Positions 25,508 to 37,879 of a stretch of 64,000 nt of DNA are shown here, one piece after another. The translations under genes were made by a program, and so were the position numbers. The stretch comes from Mobula hypostoma (taxonomy: Eukaryota): positions 168,146,001 through 168,210,000 of the forward strand of contig NC_086097.1 of NCBI RefSeq assembly GCF_963921235.1, written 5' to 3'. The notes below the pieces were generated by a model. The model saw only the letters and a program-made list of their open reading frames with translations, was not told where the DNA came from and searched no databases. Positions within the stretch are counted from its first letter, which is position 1. Each line of letters starts with the position of its first letter.

Positions 25508-26090
25508 ATTAGAATCGGAATCAGATTTATTATCACCGGCATGTGTCGTGAAATTTATTAACTTAGCAGCAGCAGTTAAATGGCAATACATAATATAGAA
25601 GAAAAAAAATCAATTACATTATACATATATTGAATAGATTAAAAATTGTGCAAGAAAACAGAAATAATATATATTTAAAAAATGAGGTAGTGTTCACAGG
25701 TTCAATGTCTGTTTAGGAATCAGATGGCAGAGGGGAAGAAGCTGTTCCTGAATCACTGAGTGTGTGCCTTCAGGCTTCTGTACCTCCTGCCTGATGGTAA
25801 CAGTGAGAAAAGGGCATGCCCTGGGTGCTGGAGGTTCTTAGTAATGGATACTGACTTTCTGAGACGCCAGTCCTTGAAGATGTCCTGGGTACTTTGTAGG
25901 CTAGTACCCAAGATGGAGCTGACTAAATTTACAACCCTCTGCAGCTTCTTTCAGTCCTGTGCAGTAGCCCCCCCCCTCCCCCAATACCAGACAGTGATGC
26001 AGCCTGTCAGAATGCTCTCCACGGTACATCTATAGAAGTTTTTGAGTGTATTTGTTGACATACCAAATCTCCTCAAACTCCTAATTAGCA
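25508..26090 (-). mobile_element. Rex1/Babar LINE 3' fragment
   Basis: RSLRRFGMSTNTLKNFYRCTVESILTGCITVWY; tail gataataaatctgattccgattc. Confidence 0.85.
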
Positions 26091-27069
26091 ACATGTTGGA
26101 TGGACTGATGTAGGGGTTCTCAAACTGGGGTCCACGGACCCCTTGCTTAATGATAGGGTCCATGGCATAAAAAGGTTGGGAACCCCTAGGTTTATTGCTT
26201 GTCAGGTGAAATTTAATGGCAAGAAGGGTATCATGTTTCATTTTGGTAAGAAAAAGAAGACGCACGATATACTAAAGAATGCGATTCAAAAAGGGTATGA
26301 GAATTGAGAGAGACTTTAGAGTTTTTGTGTGTAGCTTCTTCAAAGTGAAAGGAATAGTTTTAAAAAAAGTGATTTTAAGAAGGCACAAGTTTGTTGTATG
26401 ACACCACTCACTCTGTTGACCTTTCTCACTCCTGTACACCATCTGTGATTTTGCAAATAAAGGTGTTGTTATGGGGGAATTCGTAAATGGTGTTGGAGTT
26501 GTGCTTAGCCACACATTCGTAGGTACAGAAAAAATAGAGCAGGGGGCTGTTTTCATTGCAAATATTAAAATAGTCTTTTTCCTAGTTGGTTCCTTAATAA
26601 ACTGATCAGAAAACAATTCCAATACTTTCTATGAATTCTTGTTCCTTTATTTCCCCAGTTTATGCCATGCTCAAAATGGCCTGCACACAACACCTGTCCA
26701 TTTTTTACTTTTAACTATTTCTTAACTTGACCGTAATTCTACATGGTGATTTGTTGCCCTGCCATGTAGAATGAAGATGATTTGCAAAAGAACCGAAAGT
26801 GAGATGAATATTATTGCACAGTAAGTGGTTAAGGTCCAGAACACTCTGGGGGTGGGGTGGGGAAAATGACAAGTTTTTTCCACACAGAAAGCAGTGGGTG
26901 CCTGGAATAGGCTGTCAGGGTGTAGGTGGAAGCAGAGAATTTAAGAGGCTGTGAGTCAGGCACAGGAAAAGTCAGGGGATGGAGGGTTATGGATTATGAG
27001 TGGGAAGAAGAGAGTTCAGTCTGACCTTGTGATTGGCATGGGCATGGTGGGCCATCGGGCTTGTCCTGT

Positions 27070-29330
27070 CACAAACAGGAGAAAATCTGTAGATGCTGGA
27101 AATCCAAGCAACACACAAAATGCTGGAGAAACTCAGCAGGCCAGGCAGCCTCTGTGGAAAAGAGTACTGATGAAGGGTCACGGCCTGAAACATCAGCTGT
27201 TTACTGTTTTCCATAGATAACACAAAATACTCTGCAGATGCTGGGGTTAAAGCAACACTCACAACACACTGGAGGAACTCAGCAGGTCGGGCAGCATCCG
27301 TGGAAAAGATCGGTCGACATTTCGGGCCGGAACGCTTTGTCAGGACTGTAGAGGGAAGGGGCAGAGGCCCTATAAAGAAGGTGGGGGTGGTGGGAAGGAG
27401 AAGGCTGGTAGGTTCCAGGTGAAAAACCAGTAAGGGGAAAGATAAAGGGGTGGGGGAAGGGTGGCAGGGAGGTGATAGGCAGGAAAGGTGAAGAAGGAAT
27501 AGGGAAAACACAGTGGGTAGTAGAAGGAGGCGGAACCATGAAGGAGGTGACAGGCAGCTGGGGGAGGGGGCAGAGTGACATAGAGATAGGGTAAGGAAGG
27601 GGGAGAGAATTACCAGAAGTTGGAGAAGTCCAAGGGACTGGAGACTACCTAGACGATATATGAGGTGTTGCTCCTCCAACCTGAGTTTGGCCTCATCCTG
27701 GCAGTAGAGGAGGCCAAGTATGGACATATCCGAATGGGAATGGGAAGCAGAGTTGAAGTGGGTGGCAACCGGGAGATCCTGTCTGTTTTGGCAGATGGAG
27801 TGGAGGTGCTCAACGAAGCGGTCCCCCTATCTGCGTCGGGTTTCACTGATGTAGAGGAGGCCACACCGGGAGCACCGGGGTGCAATAGATGACCCCAACA
27901 GACTCAAAAGTGAAGTGTTACCTCACCTGGAAGGACTGTTTGGGGCCCTGAATGGTGGTAAGAGAGGAGGTGTAGGGACAGGTGTAGCACTTGTGCTTAC
28001 AGGGATAAGTGCCAGGTGGGAGATCCGTGGGGATAGACGTGCGGATAAGTGAGTCACAGAGGGACTGATCCCTGCGGAGGGTGGAGAGGGAAAGATGTGC
28101 TTAGTGGTGGGGTCCTGTTGAAGGTAGCAGAAGTTGTGGAGGATAATGTGCCGGATCCGGAGGCTGGTGGGGTGGTATGTGAGGACAAGGGGAACTCTGT
28201 CTCTATTGTGGTGACGGGAAGATGGGGTGAGGGCCGAAGTGCAGGAAATGGAGGAGAAACGGGTGAGGGCATCATTGATGATGGCAGAAGGGAAACCACG
28301 ATCCTTAAAGAAAGAGGACATTTGAGATGTCCTGGAACAGAAAGCCTCATCCTTGGAGCAGATGCAGCAGAGACGGAGGAGCTGGGAATAGGGAATGGTA
28401 TTTTTGCATGCAGCAGGTTGGGAAGAGGTATAGTTGAGGTAGTTATGAGAGTCAGTGGGCTTGTAGAAGATGTCAGTGGACAGTCTGTCTCCAGAGATGG
28501 AGACCGAGAGATCGAGAAAGGGGAGAGAAGTGTCCGAGATAGACCAAGTGAATTTGAGGGCTGGGTGGAAGATTGAAGTAAAGTCGATGAAATTGACGAG
28601 CTCAGCATGGGTGCAGGAAGCAGCACCAATGTAGTCGTCAATGTAGTGAAGGAAAAGTTGGGGAGCAGTACCAGAATAGGTTTGGAGCACAGACTGTTCC
28701 ACATAACCAACAAAGAGGCAGGCATTTCTGGGGCCCATGCGAGTGCCCATAGTTACACCCTTGGTCTGAAGAAAGTGGGAAGAGCCAAAAAAGAAATTAT
28801 TAAGTGTGAGTACCAGTTCTGCCAACCGGAGGAGGGTAGTTGTGGTGGGGAACTGGTGAGATCTATTGTCCAGAAAGTAGCGGAGGGCTTTGAGGCCTTC
28901 TTGATGGGGAATGGAGGTGTATAGGGATTGGACATCCATAGTGAAAATGAAGCGGTCGGGACCGGGCAACTGGAAGTTATTGAAGAGGTGGAGGGCATGA
29001 GATGTATCCCGGATGTAGGTGGGAAGGGACTGAATTATGGGTGACAAAAATGGAGTCCAGGTGGGCAGATACAAGTTCGGTGGGACAGGAGCAGGCAGAA
29101 ACTATGGGTCTACCGGGACAGTCAGGCTTGTGGATCTTGGGGAGGAGGTAAAACCGAGCAGTACGGGGTGTGGGAATTATGAGTTTAGCGGCTGAGGATG
29201 GAAGGTCTCCGGAGTTGATACGGGCGGTGATGGTACAGGTTTCCATAGATGCTGCCTGGCCTGCTGAGTTTCTCTAGCATTTTGTGTGTGTTGCTTTGGA
29301 TTTCCAGCATCTGCAGACTTTCTCATGTTT
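27070..29330. mobile_element. PLE-derived fold-back mini-element #3, split by a nested PLE (own sequence 27070..27218 + 29251..29330)
   Basis: Inverted arms on either side of the nested PLE; hammerhead core CTGATGA-AGG..CCT-GAAA at 27167..27190; perfect TSD gggcttgtcctgt at 27057..27069 / 29331..29343. Confidence 0.8.
27219..29239 (-). mobile_element. Penelope-like element, 5'-truncated (RT + GIY-YIG endonuclease, frameshifted)
   Basis: FYLLPKIHK..PGRPIVS, FTMDVQSLYTSIP, KGVTMGT, HYIDD, FLDL, YKPTDSH motifs; TSD tttccatagat at 27208..27218 / 29240..29250. Confidence 0.93.
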
Positions 29331-29971
29331 GGGCTTGTCCTGTGCTGTACTGTTCTATTAATGGGTTCCTCTTGTGCAGTTGCCATTCTGTGAGCTCATG
29401 TGCTTCAAAATTCTTGCATGTTTTACTTCTCAATCCTTGAAAAGCAGCTATAGGGATATTAGCTGTGTTTCTCACTTTGTGGCATTATCAGCTTCCTGTG
29501 TCAGCAGCTTGTCAGGCAAAAATTATTGAAAGGGTAAACATGCAAGATCAACCAATAGCAGACACCATCGGGTTCACACTTGCAGCACCGTGCGAAAGAT
29601 AAACAAGCAAATACAAAGATCGAGATTTGTCTGGTATTAACAGCATCTGTTTTGAGGTAAATGTATCCTTGAGAGATTTTGATATTTATAATTCTTTTGC
29701 CTGGCAAAATGTTATGAATTGAAACTAGCAAAATTGCAATGAGGCTTGTGAAATTAACACTTCAGTTTCTGAAGGTAGATCTATTAAGGCATAATTAAAT
29801 ATCAAACATTGAAGGAAATGGAGAGGTAAAGAAAGAGGAGGGACATATGGAGGGATCACAGCAGAGGCACCTTATAGTTATTAAACAAATTAAAGGTGTG
29901 CATGACTTTTTATGCATTTGAGAGATGTGGGCTTCACAGGCTAATCCATCAATAATTTGCTCATTCCTAAT

Positions 29972-30310
29972 TAGGTATACAAAATTCTGAAGGGTTTAGA
30001 TAGGATAAATGCAAGCAAGCTTTTTCCACTGAGGTTGGGTGAGACTACAACCAGAGGCCATTGGCTTAAAGGTGAAAGGTAAGAAGTTTAAGGGGAACAT
30101 GAGGGGAAACTTCTTCACTCAGAGGACCATGAGAGTGTGGAATGAGCTGCCAGTGCAAGTGATGCATGTGAGCTCGATTTCAACATTTAAGAGAAATTTG
30201 TATGGGTACATGGATAGTAGAGATATGGAGGGCTATGGTCATTGGGCATAGGCAGTTTAAATGATTTTGACATGGGCCAAAAGGCCCCTTTCTGTGCTGT
30301 ACGTCTGTAT
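29972..30310 (+). mobile_element. CR1 3' fragment
   Basis: LKVKGKKFKGNMRGNFFTQRTMRVWNELP. Confidence 0.75.
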
Positions 30311-31277
30311 GACTCTTGAGAAGGTGTTGGTGAGCTACCTTCTTGAACTGCTGCAGTCCTTGGTGTGTGAGTACATCCACAATCCTGTAATAGAGAGAGT
30401 TCCAAGATTTTGATAGTGTAGGACAGAGATGTATTATCAGGTTGGGATGGTATGAAGGCGAATTCCAAGTGGTGGTAGTTCCATGCTTTTACTGACCTTG
30501 TCCTTTAGCTGGTGGAGGTCGTGGGCTTGGAAGAAGTTGCTGCAGTACATGCTGTAGATAGTAGAAACTGCTGCATCAGTGGTGGGGAGAGTGAATGTTT
30601 ATTGTTGGAATGTCTCTGAAGCAGGCTGCTCTGTCCAGTATGGTGTCAAATTTCTCATGTCCAAACATGTACATTTTTAATGCACTGCTGCAAAAATAAA
30701 TCCCCTCACACATCTCTGAAAGAGAAAAGAGTCACTAGGGAAGAAAAAAACATTTCTGCATTTAAGATCCCTGACAGTTATTAAGTTCTAGAAGGAGAGA
30801 GAGTCTCTAACATGTATAAAAAGTTACGTTTGAGTGTTATGGAAGGATGTTGCTTGGCAGCCCTTAATAGCTATCATGTTTTAAAAAAGATTCTTAGATT
30901 AAAATGGGTTGGATTTATCTTGAAATGCATTTAGCAGCCCCCTCAAGCATTTTTAACATGATACACAGAAGGACAAGATATTTTCATGGAGTTATGCATG
31001 GAGGGGCAGGGTTGAAATTTTTACTCAAACCATTTTGTTGTGTTTAAGTAATGAGTAACGTAAGAATTACTGTTATTTTGATAATTGATTGTGCCCTGTT
31101 GTCTTTGACAACCATTTCTGACAGTCTGTCGATTCACATCTGTTTCCTTCTTTGGAACTTTGGCTTGAAATAATTGGCATGTTTCCAATTGGAATCAGCT
31201 GTTTTCAAATATCAAGCTTGGGAGCCAATCAAACATTGTTTTCCTCTTGGAAAAACTCTGTGATTGGTCTATGGAAC

Positions 31278-31289
31278 TCCCCCCCCCCC

Positions 31290-31320
<31 letters not shown>
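31278..31320 (+). repeat. poly(C) + (CA)n microsatellite
   Basis: Directly visible. Confidence 0.95.
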
Positions 31321-31322
<2 letters not shown>

Positions 31323-31569
31323 CTGGTAATCTGGAACTACTGAAAGTTAATTAGGATAAATATTTGAAGATGTATTGGTAGAGCAATAAGTGGGATTAAC
31401 TGGATTGCTGTACAAACCTGGGGCATGGTCTCTTTTCTGAACAGTAGGTTGCCTTTTGTGTGTAGATGTGTGATGGAATGAGTGAGAACATAACTGTAAA
31501 GTGGGAAGAATAAAATGGGATTATTGTAAAATGCATGTTTCATGGTCAGTGCAGACCCAGTGGGTCAAA

Positions 31570-32650
31570 GTTCAAGTTTAATGTTGTGGACATACATACT
31601 CATGGTATAAATGCCATGAAAATGACGTTTTTGCAGCAGAAACACAGTCCATGAAAAACATGACAAACATAAATTACATTAACATGAGTTATACATAATT
31701 TACATGACAAAATAGGATCAGGTTTACGATCATCGTTTTGTATGATCTGAAGTTTATTGTTTTGCAGCAGCAGCAGTACAGAGCAAGTGGATTTAAATTA
31801 CTATCAATTACAAAATATGTAAATAGTTCAAAAAAAAGGGAAGAATGATGTAGTGTTCATGGGTACATGGACTGTTCAGAAATCTGATGACGGGGAGAAA
31901 AGTGGTTTCTGAATTGTTGAATGTGGGTATTCAGGCTCCTGTATCTCTTCCCTAAATGTGGTAACAAGAAGAGGGCATGTCTTGGATGGTGAGGTCTTTA
32001 ATGATAAACCCTGCCTTCTTGAGGCATCGCCTCTTGAAAGTGTCCTTGATGGAAGGGCTGGTTGTACCTGTGATGGAGCTGGTTGAGTCTACAACCGTCT
32101 GCAGCCTTTGTGACCCAGTGGATTGAAACCTTCACACCAGGCTGTGATGCAACTAGTCAGAGCGTATATCTATAGAAATTTAGAAAAGTCTATGGTGTCA
32201 TATCAATTCTCCTCAAACTACTAATAAAGTAGAGCCTTCTTCATGATTGCATGTTGTTGGGCTCATGATTGATCCTCTTTGAGCTGTGGATGTTCAAGAA
32301 CTTGAAGCTGCTCATCCTTTCCACCGCTGGCCCGTCGATGGGGATTAGTGCTTGTTCTTGTGACTTCCCTTTCCTGAAGTCCACAATCAATTCCGTGGTC
32401 TTGGAAGTGTTGAATGTGAGGGTGTTGTTGCAACTCCACTCAACCAGCCGATCTCTCTCCCCCTCCCCCTCCCCCCCCACACACCCTTGATGCCATTTTA
32501 GATATTACCAACAAGAATAGTGTCATCTGTGAATCTATGGATGATGTTTGAGCTGTGCTGAGCCCGTAGTCATGAGTGTAGAGGGAGTACAGCGGTAGGC
32601 TAAGCATGCATCCTTGAGGTGTGCCTGTGTTATTACCAATCTGCACTGAA
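31570..32650 (-). mobile_element. Rex1/Babar LINE 3' fragment(s)
   Basis: TGTPQGCMLSLPLYSLYTHD and LVEWSCNNTLTFNTSKTTELIVDFRK. Confidence 0.8.
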
Positions 32651-33945
32651 TTGGTGTGACAAATGGCATTACGGTATTTGGGCAAGTTAAGGGGAATGTA
32701 GTTTGAGGTAGAATTAGGGATTTTCAAGTTACTTCATGTACCTAATGGCGGTGGGGAAGAAGCTGTTGTTGACCCTTGATCTGTTCTTCTACGTTCCAAA
32801 CCTATTCTGGTATCTGTCCCCCACTTTTCCTTCGCTACATTGACGACTGCATTCGCGCTACTTCCTGCACACATGCTGAGCTCGTTGACTTCATTAACTT
32901 TGCCTCCAACTTTCACCGTGCCCTCAAGTTTACCTGGTCCATTTCCGACACCTCCCTCCCCTTTCTAGATCTTTCTGTCTCTATCTCTGGAGACAGCTTA
33001 TCTACTGATGTCTACTATAAGCCTACTGACTCTCACAGCTATCTGGACTATTCCTCTTCTCACCCTGTCTCTTGCAAAAATGCCATCCTCTTCTCGCAAT
33101 TCCTCTGTCTCCGCTGCATCTGCTTTCAGGATGAGGCTTTTCATTCCAGGACGAGGGAGGTGCCTTCCTTTTTTAAAGAAAGGGGCTTCCCTTCCTCCAC
33201 CATCAACTCTGCTCTCAAACGCATCTTCCCCCATTTCACGTACATCTGCTCTCACTCCATCCTCCTGCCACCCCACTAGGAATAGGGTTCCCCTTGTCCT
33301 CACCTACCACCCCACCAGCCTCCGGGTCCAACATATTATTCTCCGTAACTTCCGCCACCTCTAACGGGATCCCACCACTAAGCACATCTTTCCCTCCCCC
33401 CCCCCCGCTTTCCACAGGGGTCGCTCCCTTCGCGACTGCCTTATGCATTCATTCCCCCCCATCCCTCCCCACCAATCTCCCTTCTGGCACTTATCCTTGT
33501 AAGCAAAGCAAGTGCTACACATGCCCTTACACTTCCTCCCTTACCACCATTCAGGGCCCCAGACAGTCCTTCCAGGTGAGGCGACACTTCACCTGTGAGT
33601 TGGCTGGGGTGAAATACTGCGTCCGGTGCTCCCGATGTGGCCTTCTATATATTGGCGAGACCCGACGCAGACTGGGAGACCGCTTTGCTGAACACCTACG
33701 CTCTGTCCGCCAGAGAAAGAAGGATCTCCCAGTGGCCACACATTTTAATTCCACGTCCCATTCCCATTCTGATATGTCTATCCATGGCCTCCTCTACTGT
33801 AAAGATGAAGCCACACTCAGGTTGGAGAAACAACACCTTATATTCCGTCTGGGTAGCCTCCAACCTGATGGCATGAACATTGACTTCTCAAACTCCTGCT
33901 AATGCCCCACCTCCCCCTCGTACCCAATCTGTTATTTATTTATAT

Positions 33946-34804
33946 TGTTACGTACCCCGTAACTGGGTTGCCAAACCAGCAGAAATGGATCACTCAGTTG
34001 GAGTCTGGAGTACTAGAACTAAGAAAGTTTTATTAAAGAAACAAGCAACACAGTAATCGAAAGGATAATAAATGCAACAATTCAACAATGATAACCACAC
34101 ATGTGCACAGAATTAAGATAACAGCATCAATCAAGCTCTATCGTTGTCTAGGGGTAAATGACCAATTTCAAAATGACTCAAAGTTCAGTCCAGTTAGTAG
34201 TCCAGTTCGCAGTAATCGTTGCCATGGCGATGGACAAGGTGGGGGAAGAGAGACATAGAATAGGAACAACTGATCATTCAGAACGGCTTCACTCGCAGAC
34301 CAGCGAGATGGCTCACAAACAGCATTTGGGCGGGTCCTTGGTGATGTCACCTGAGGTCACCGACTGTGACCCCTCCTCCAGATGCGGTCGATCCTCTGCA
34401 GTGAACCCGGCACCCAGGCAAGGGCGGACACACACCGGGTTCCCGCTGATCGTACCTTTCCACCCTTGTCGTTGTCTGGCACTTCTCACCCACTCGTGAG
34501 AGGCGCACCGCTTCCAGGGTCTCGTTACCTCGGGTGGCGTGTGTGTCTGTCTTAGCGAACCTGTCCCTTTTTATCCCCCTGCTGGGGTATCGCCTGTCCA
34601 TCACTTCAAACAGTTCAGGGTTCAAAGGGGGGAGCCGCTCCAGACAGCTCTTCCTCCCACATCCCTTCATTACACATCTCCAGACGCTGCTCCATTGTTC
34701 CTTATCTCTCCTTCCCCTGAGGGCAGGTGGCAGACCAACTGCTGATGCCACTGATGCTAGCCCAGGCCAGCAAACATCTTAATTTTATGTGTATTCTCGT
34801 AACA
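33946..34804 (-). repeat. 3' LTR (859 bp)
   Basis: Preceded on the minus strand by the PPT; minus-strand AATAAA near 34029..34034. Confidence 0.95.
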
Positions 34805-34816
34805 CTTCCCCCCTTT
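34805..34816 (-). promoter_or_regulatory. Polypurine tract
   Basis: Minus strand AAAGGGGGGAAG immediately before the 3' LTR. Confidence 0.9.
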
Positions 34817-34976
34817 AAGGATTTTTACCGGGAGGTAAAAATTACAAACATGACTACATTATCTGATACATACACAATATACATCTTTAACAGTTATTTA
34901 GCTAATACAGAGAATTTGAAGCTGTCAACACCTTGACAGACAGTCATCACATTTTCTGTTCCTTTTACACGTGTTA

Positions 34977-37781
34977 TTAATAATCCCTTAGACCAGGCTC
35001 CAACTCAGCAAACTTCATAGTGGCCAAAAACACTGATGAATTGCGACCAATGTAACCTCTCATTTGGTTTTGTCCCGGACCACAATAACAAGGGTCGTCC
35101 CATTCCGACTCAATTTTCTCTCGCAAGGGCTTAGTAGGAGGGGGACGGGTATTGACCGCAGAGTTATTGCAAAACTTCCTGCAGTACCCCACCATCTCCA
35201 AGAGCCTTCTGAGGGCCCTCTTGTCTGTCGGGGTTGGGAGGTCAGCGATAGCCTGCACTGTAGCTTGCATCACTGCCAGCTGCCCCTGTGTCACCACAAT
35301 TCCCAGGTAAGTGACCCTCGTGTGGCCGAATTCATTTTTTTCAAGGTTCACTATCAAACTGGCTTCAGACAGCCGTATTAAATTGCTAATACACACCTCT
35401 GTGTTCATCAGCCCTTTAGTCACTGAATTACTCAAAAAATATGGGTGTTGTTTACTTGGCTGCCCTATTGTAACCACAATCACCCAACGTCCCAGTTCTT
35501 TGCATTTCCTCGGGACAATCAAACACATAGGTGCGAGTCGTTTAATTACTCCTTCTAAAGATTCGCTTTGTTCGGGGATTAAGGGAGAGACCTTATCAGT
35601 AGACCTGGCCAAAACAATAGCCTTCTCCCATCTGACCGATCCCATCCTAATCTTTTCAAAATGGTTCTTTTCTCTTATCAGGGGGCCCCTAGCTTCATTG
35701 ATTTCCACGCTAACACCGACTAGGTTTGTTAGCATATTAAAAGCCGGTGACCGTCTCAGTTCACGTCGGTCATGATCAATAACATTTTTCCCCCTGGGCA
35801 GCCGGTAAATCTCTTTCATGATTCCACCAACTGTTTCCTCCAGCACCGCAAGATGTCCACCGGGGGGTACCTCGTGGGCCATGTTAAAAACCTCATCCCC
35901 ATAACTCTTTTGCACCACCCCCCACTCCTCATCTGCGGATACTGTCCTTGATTTCCCTTTCTTCCTTAGCACTTCCTCATCCGCACAATAGCCTACTAGT
36001 TCCCTTGTCAAGGCTGTGTCAGAGAGAGCTGTCTCTGCAAAACCCATCAGCCCCTCGCCTCGCTCCTGCGTCTGCACAAATTCTTTCCTGGCTACTGCTA
36101 CGTCCGTCCCAGCTCCCTCACTACCTCTTATCTCACTACACCCTGTCTCATACAAGGTTGGCAGAAATGTTTCAGCCAAATTCACCATCGCGGGCGGGGC
36201 CTCCATGCTGGCAGGCTGACCCGTCAATCTCACGACTGGGAACACGATTCCTCCGGCGATGTCATTACCGAGCAAGACTTCCACGTCTTTCATCGGTAAT
36301 TCGGACCTCACCCCGATCGTGACTAGTCCAGAGACCAGGTTGCTCTGTAAATGTATCTGGTGCAAAAGGACTGACTCTGTCCCTTCCCCAACACCTTTGA
36401 CCTCTACCTCCCCAGTCTGGGTCTCTGAGCTAAACTCTAATACACTCTTCAGTATTAGTGACTGACACGCTCCCGTGTCTCTCCAGATCCGCACTGGAAC
36501 TGGTTTTAACCTCTCCTTCACTGACACCAGTCCGGCCGAGATAAACCTCTCGCGCCCTTCCTGGACTTTTTCAGACCTGTCCTTCCCTAGCGGTTCGCTT
36601 AACAGCTCAATACAGCCATTCAAAATTTCCGCTTTTCCTTTCCCCGTCTCCTTCCTTGGGGCAAAGCACCTGGACGCAAAGTGTCCGACTTTCCCACAAT
36701 TATAACAGACGACCCCAGGAGACTTCCTACCAGACTGCTCCCGGTCTACCTTATCCTTTTCACTAGTCCCCGGCTTACTTTCTGACTTTTCCGGCGGACT
36801 CTCCCCGCCGTCCTGACTACCCTTCTGGTAGCCTTTACTCGGGGCAACCTTCATTTTATGCGTCAATGCATACTCATCCGCTAACTTAGCAGTTGCGGCT
36901 AACGTGGCTGCCTCTTTCTCATCGAGGTAGGGTCTCATACCCTCAGGGACACAACCTTTAAACTGCTCAATCAGAATCAGCTGCAGCAGTCTGTCATAAT
37001 CCCCCTCTACCCCCTTCGAGGCGCACCAACGCTCACAATATGTTTGCATCTCGCGAGCAAACTCCAAATACGTGCGGTCCCACCGCTTCCTCGCATTCCG
37101 GAACCTCTGCCGGTATGCCTCCGGGACCAACTCATAAATCCTGAGGATGGCCTCTTTCACCACCTCATACCTCTGGGCATCTTCTGCGGATAAAGCGGAG
37201 TAAGCTTGTTGGGCTTTCCCTTTCAGTACACTCTGAAGTAAAACAACCCACTTATCCCTTGGCCAGTCCTGACTTATGGCCACTTTTTCGAAATGGAGAA
37301 AGTACCGATCCACATCGGTATCGTCAAATGGGGGAACCAGCCTAACCTCCTGGGTCGCCCGGAACCCTCCACCTTGGTTCGGCACGAGCCCCTGCTCGGC
37401 CCTTATCTTTAACTTCTCCAGCTCAAATTCCCTTTCCCTCTGTTTCTCCTGCCTTTCTAACTCTCTCTCCTGCCTTTCTAACTGCTTCTCTTCGTGTTCT
37501 AACTGCCGTACCCGGAACTCGTGCTCGAGTCTCAGTTTTTCAAGCTGTACCTGTACCGCGTCTCCAGCAGATTTTTCAATAGACACCTCCCCCAGCTCAC
37601 CTTGGGGAAACACACCTTTAGATACATAGTGCTCTACAATAGCTCTGTGTATCTCCTCTCTCCTCATTGTCGACTTCACCTTAGCAAGATTCACCCGTTT
37701 GGCCACAGCTATCAATTCCGATTTCCTGGCATCCTCTAATGCCTCCAAGGTCGGCGCCTTTATAAGTTCCTCAACCTCCAT
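34977..37781 (-). CDS. Retrotransposon Gag-protease polyprotein (934 aa) with decayed integrase/RT tail
   Basis: Coiled coil; SCAN-like capsid domain (YELVPEAYRQRFR...LILIEQF); CYNCGKVGHFASRC knuckle; protease RDTGA...LLGND; integrase HH remnant AHEVPPGGHL; RT thumb VTYLG...AIADLPTPTDKRALRRLLEMVGYCRKF. Confidence 0.9.
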   Translation of the reverse strand: MEVEELIKAPTLEALEDARKSELIAVAKRVNLAKVKSTMRREEIHRAIVEHYVSKGVFPQGELGEVSIEKSAGDAVQVQLEKLRLEHEFRVRQLEHEEKQLERQERELERQEKQREREFELEKLKIRAEQGLVPNQGGGFRATQEVRLVPPFDDTDVDRYFLHFEKVAISQDWPRDKWVVLLQSVLKGKAQQAYSALSAEDAQRYEVVKEAILRIYELVPEAYRQRFRNARKRWDRTYLEFAREMQTYCERWCASKGVEGDYDRLLQLILIEQFKGCVPEGMRPYLDEKEAATLAATAKLADEYALTHKMKVAPSKGYQKGSQDGGESPPEKSESKPGTSEKDKVDREQSGRKSPGVVCYNCGKVGHFASRCFAPRKETGKGKAEILNGCIELLSEPLGKDRSEKVQEGRERFISAGLVSVKERLKPVPVRIWRDTGACQSLILKSVLEFSSETQTGEVEVKGVGEGTESVLLHQIHLQSNLVSGLVTIGVRSELPMKDVEVLLGNDIAGGIVFPVVRLTGQPASMEAPPAMVNLAETFLPTLYETGCSEIRGSEGAGTDVAVARKEFVQTQERGEGLMGFAETALSDTALTRELVGYCADEEVLRKKGKSRTVSADEEWGVVQKSYGDEVFNMAHEVPPGGHLAVLEETVGGIMKEIYRLPRGKNVIDHDRRELRRSPAFNMLTNLVGVSVEINEARGPLIREKNHFEKIRMGSVRWEKAIVLARSTDKVSPLIPEQSESLEGVIKRLAPMCLIVPRKCKELGRWVIVVTIGQPSKQHPYFLSNSVTKGLMNTEVCISNLIRLSEASLIVNLEKNEFGHTRVTYLGIVVTQGQLAVMQATVQAIADLPTPTDKRALRRLLEMVGYCRKFCNNSAVNTRPPPTKPLREKIESEWDDPCYCGPGQNQMRGYIGRNSSVFLATMKFAELEPGLRDY

Positions 37782-37857
37782 TTCTGCTGTTTGTCTTTTC
37801 TTTCTTTCGGGAATTTTAACCCAATCAATTTACTCCGTCCCAAATTTAGCGTTCAAA

Positions 37858-37875
37858 ATCCCGGACGAGCCCCCA
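37858..37875 (-). promoter_or_regulatory. Primer-binding site for tRNA-Pro
   Basis: Minus strand TGGGGGCTCGTCCGGGAT, 4 nt after the 5' LTR; complementary to the tRNA-Pro 3' end ATCCCGGACGAGCCCCCA. Confidence 0.93.
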
Positions 37876-37879
37876 CTTA

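Noticed and set aside
28049..28998. Plus-strand and alternative-frame ORFs over the PLE
   Set aside because: Shadow frames of the minus-strand RT coding sequence.
34158..34936. Several 60-134-aa ORFs repeated at 38092..38981
   Set aside because: They lie inside the LTRs with no protein motifs; the repetition reflects LTR identity.
34977..37781. Domesticated host SCAN-domain gene
   Set aside because: Flanked by near-identical LTRs, PBS, PPT and TSD, with no C2H2 array; it is a recent transposon insertion.
37851..37875. tRNA-Pro gene
   Set aside because: Only the 3' ~24 nt including CCA are present, next to an LTR; this is a PBS.
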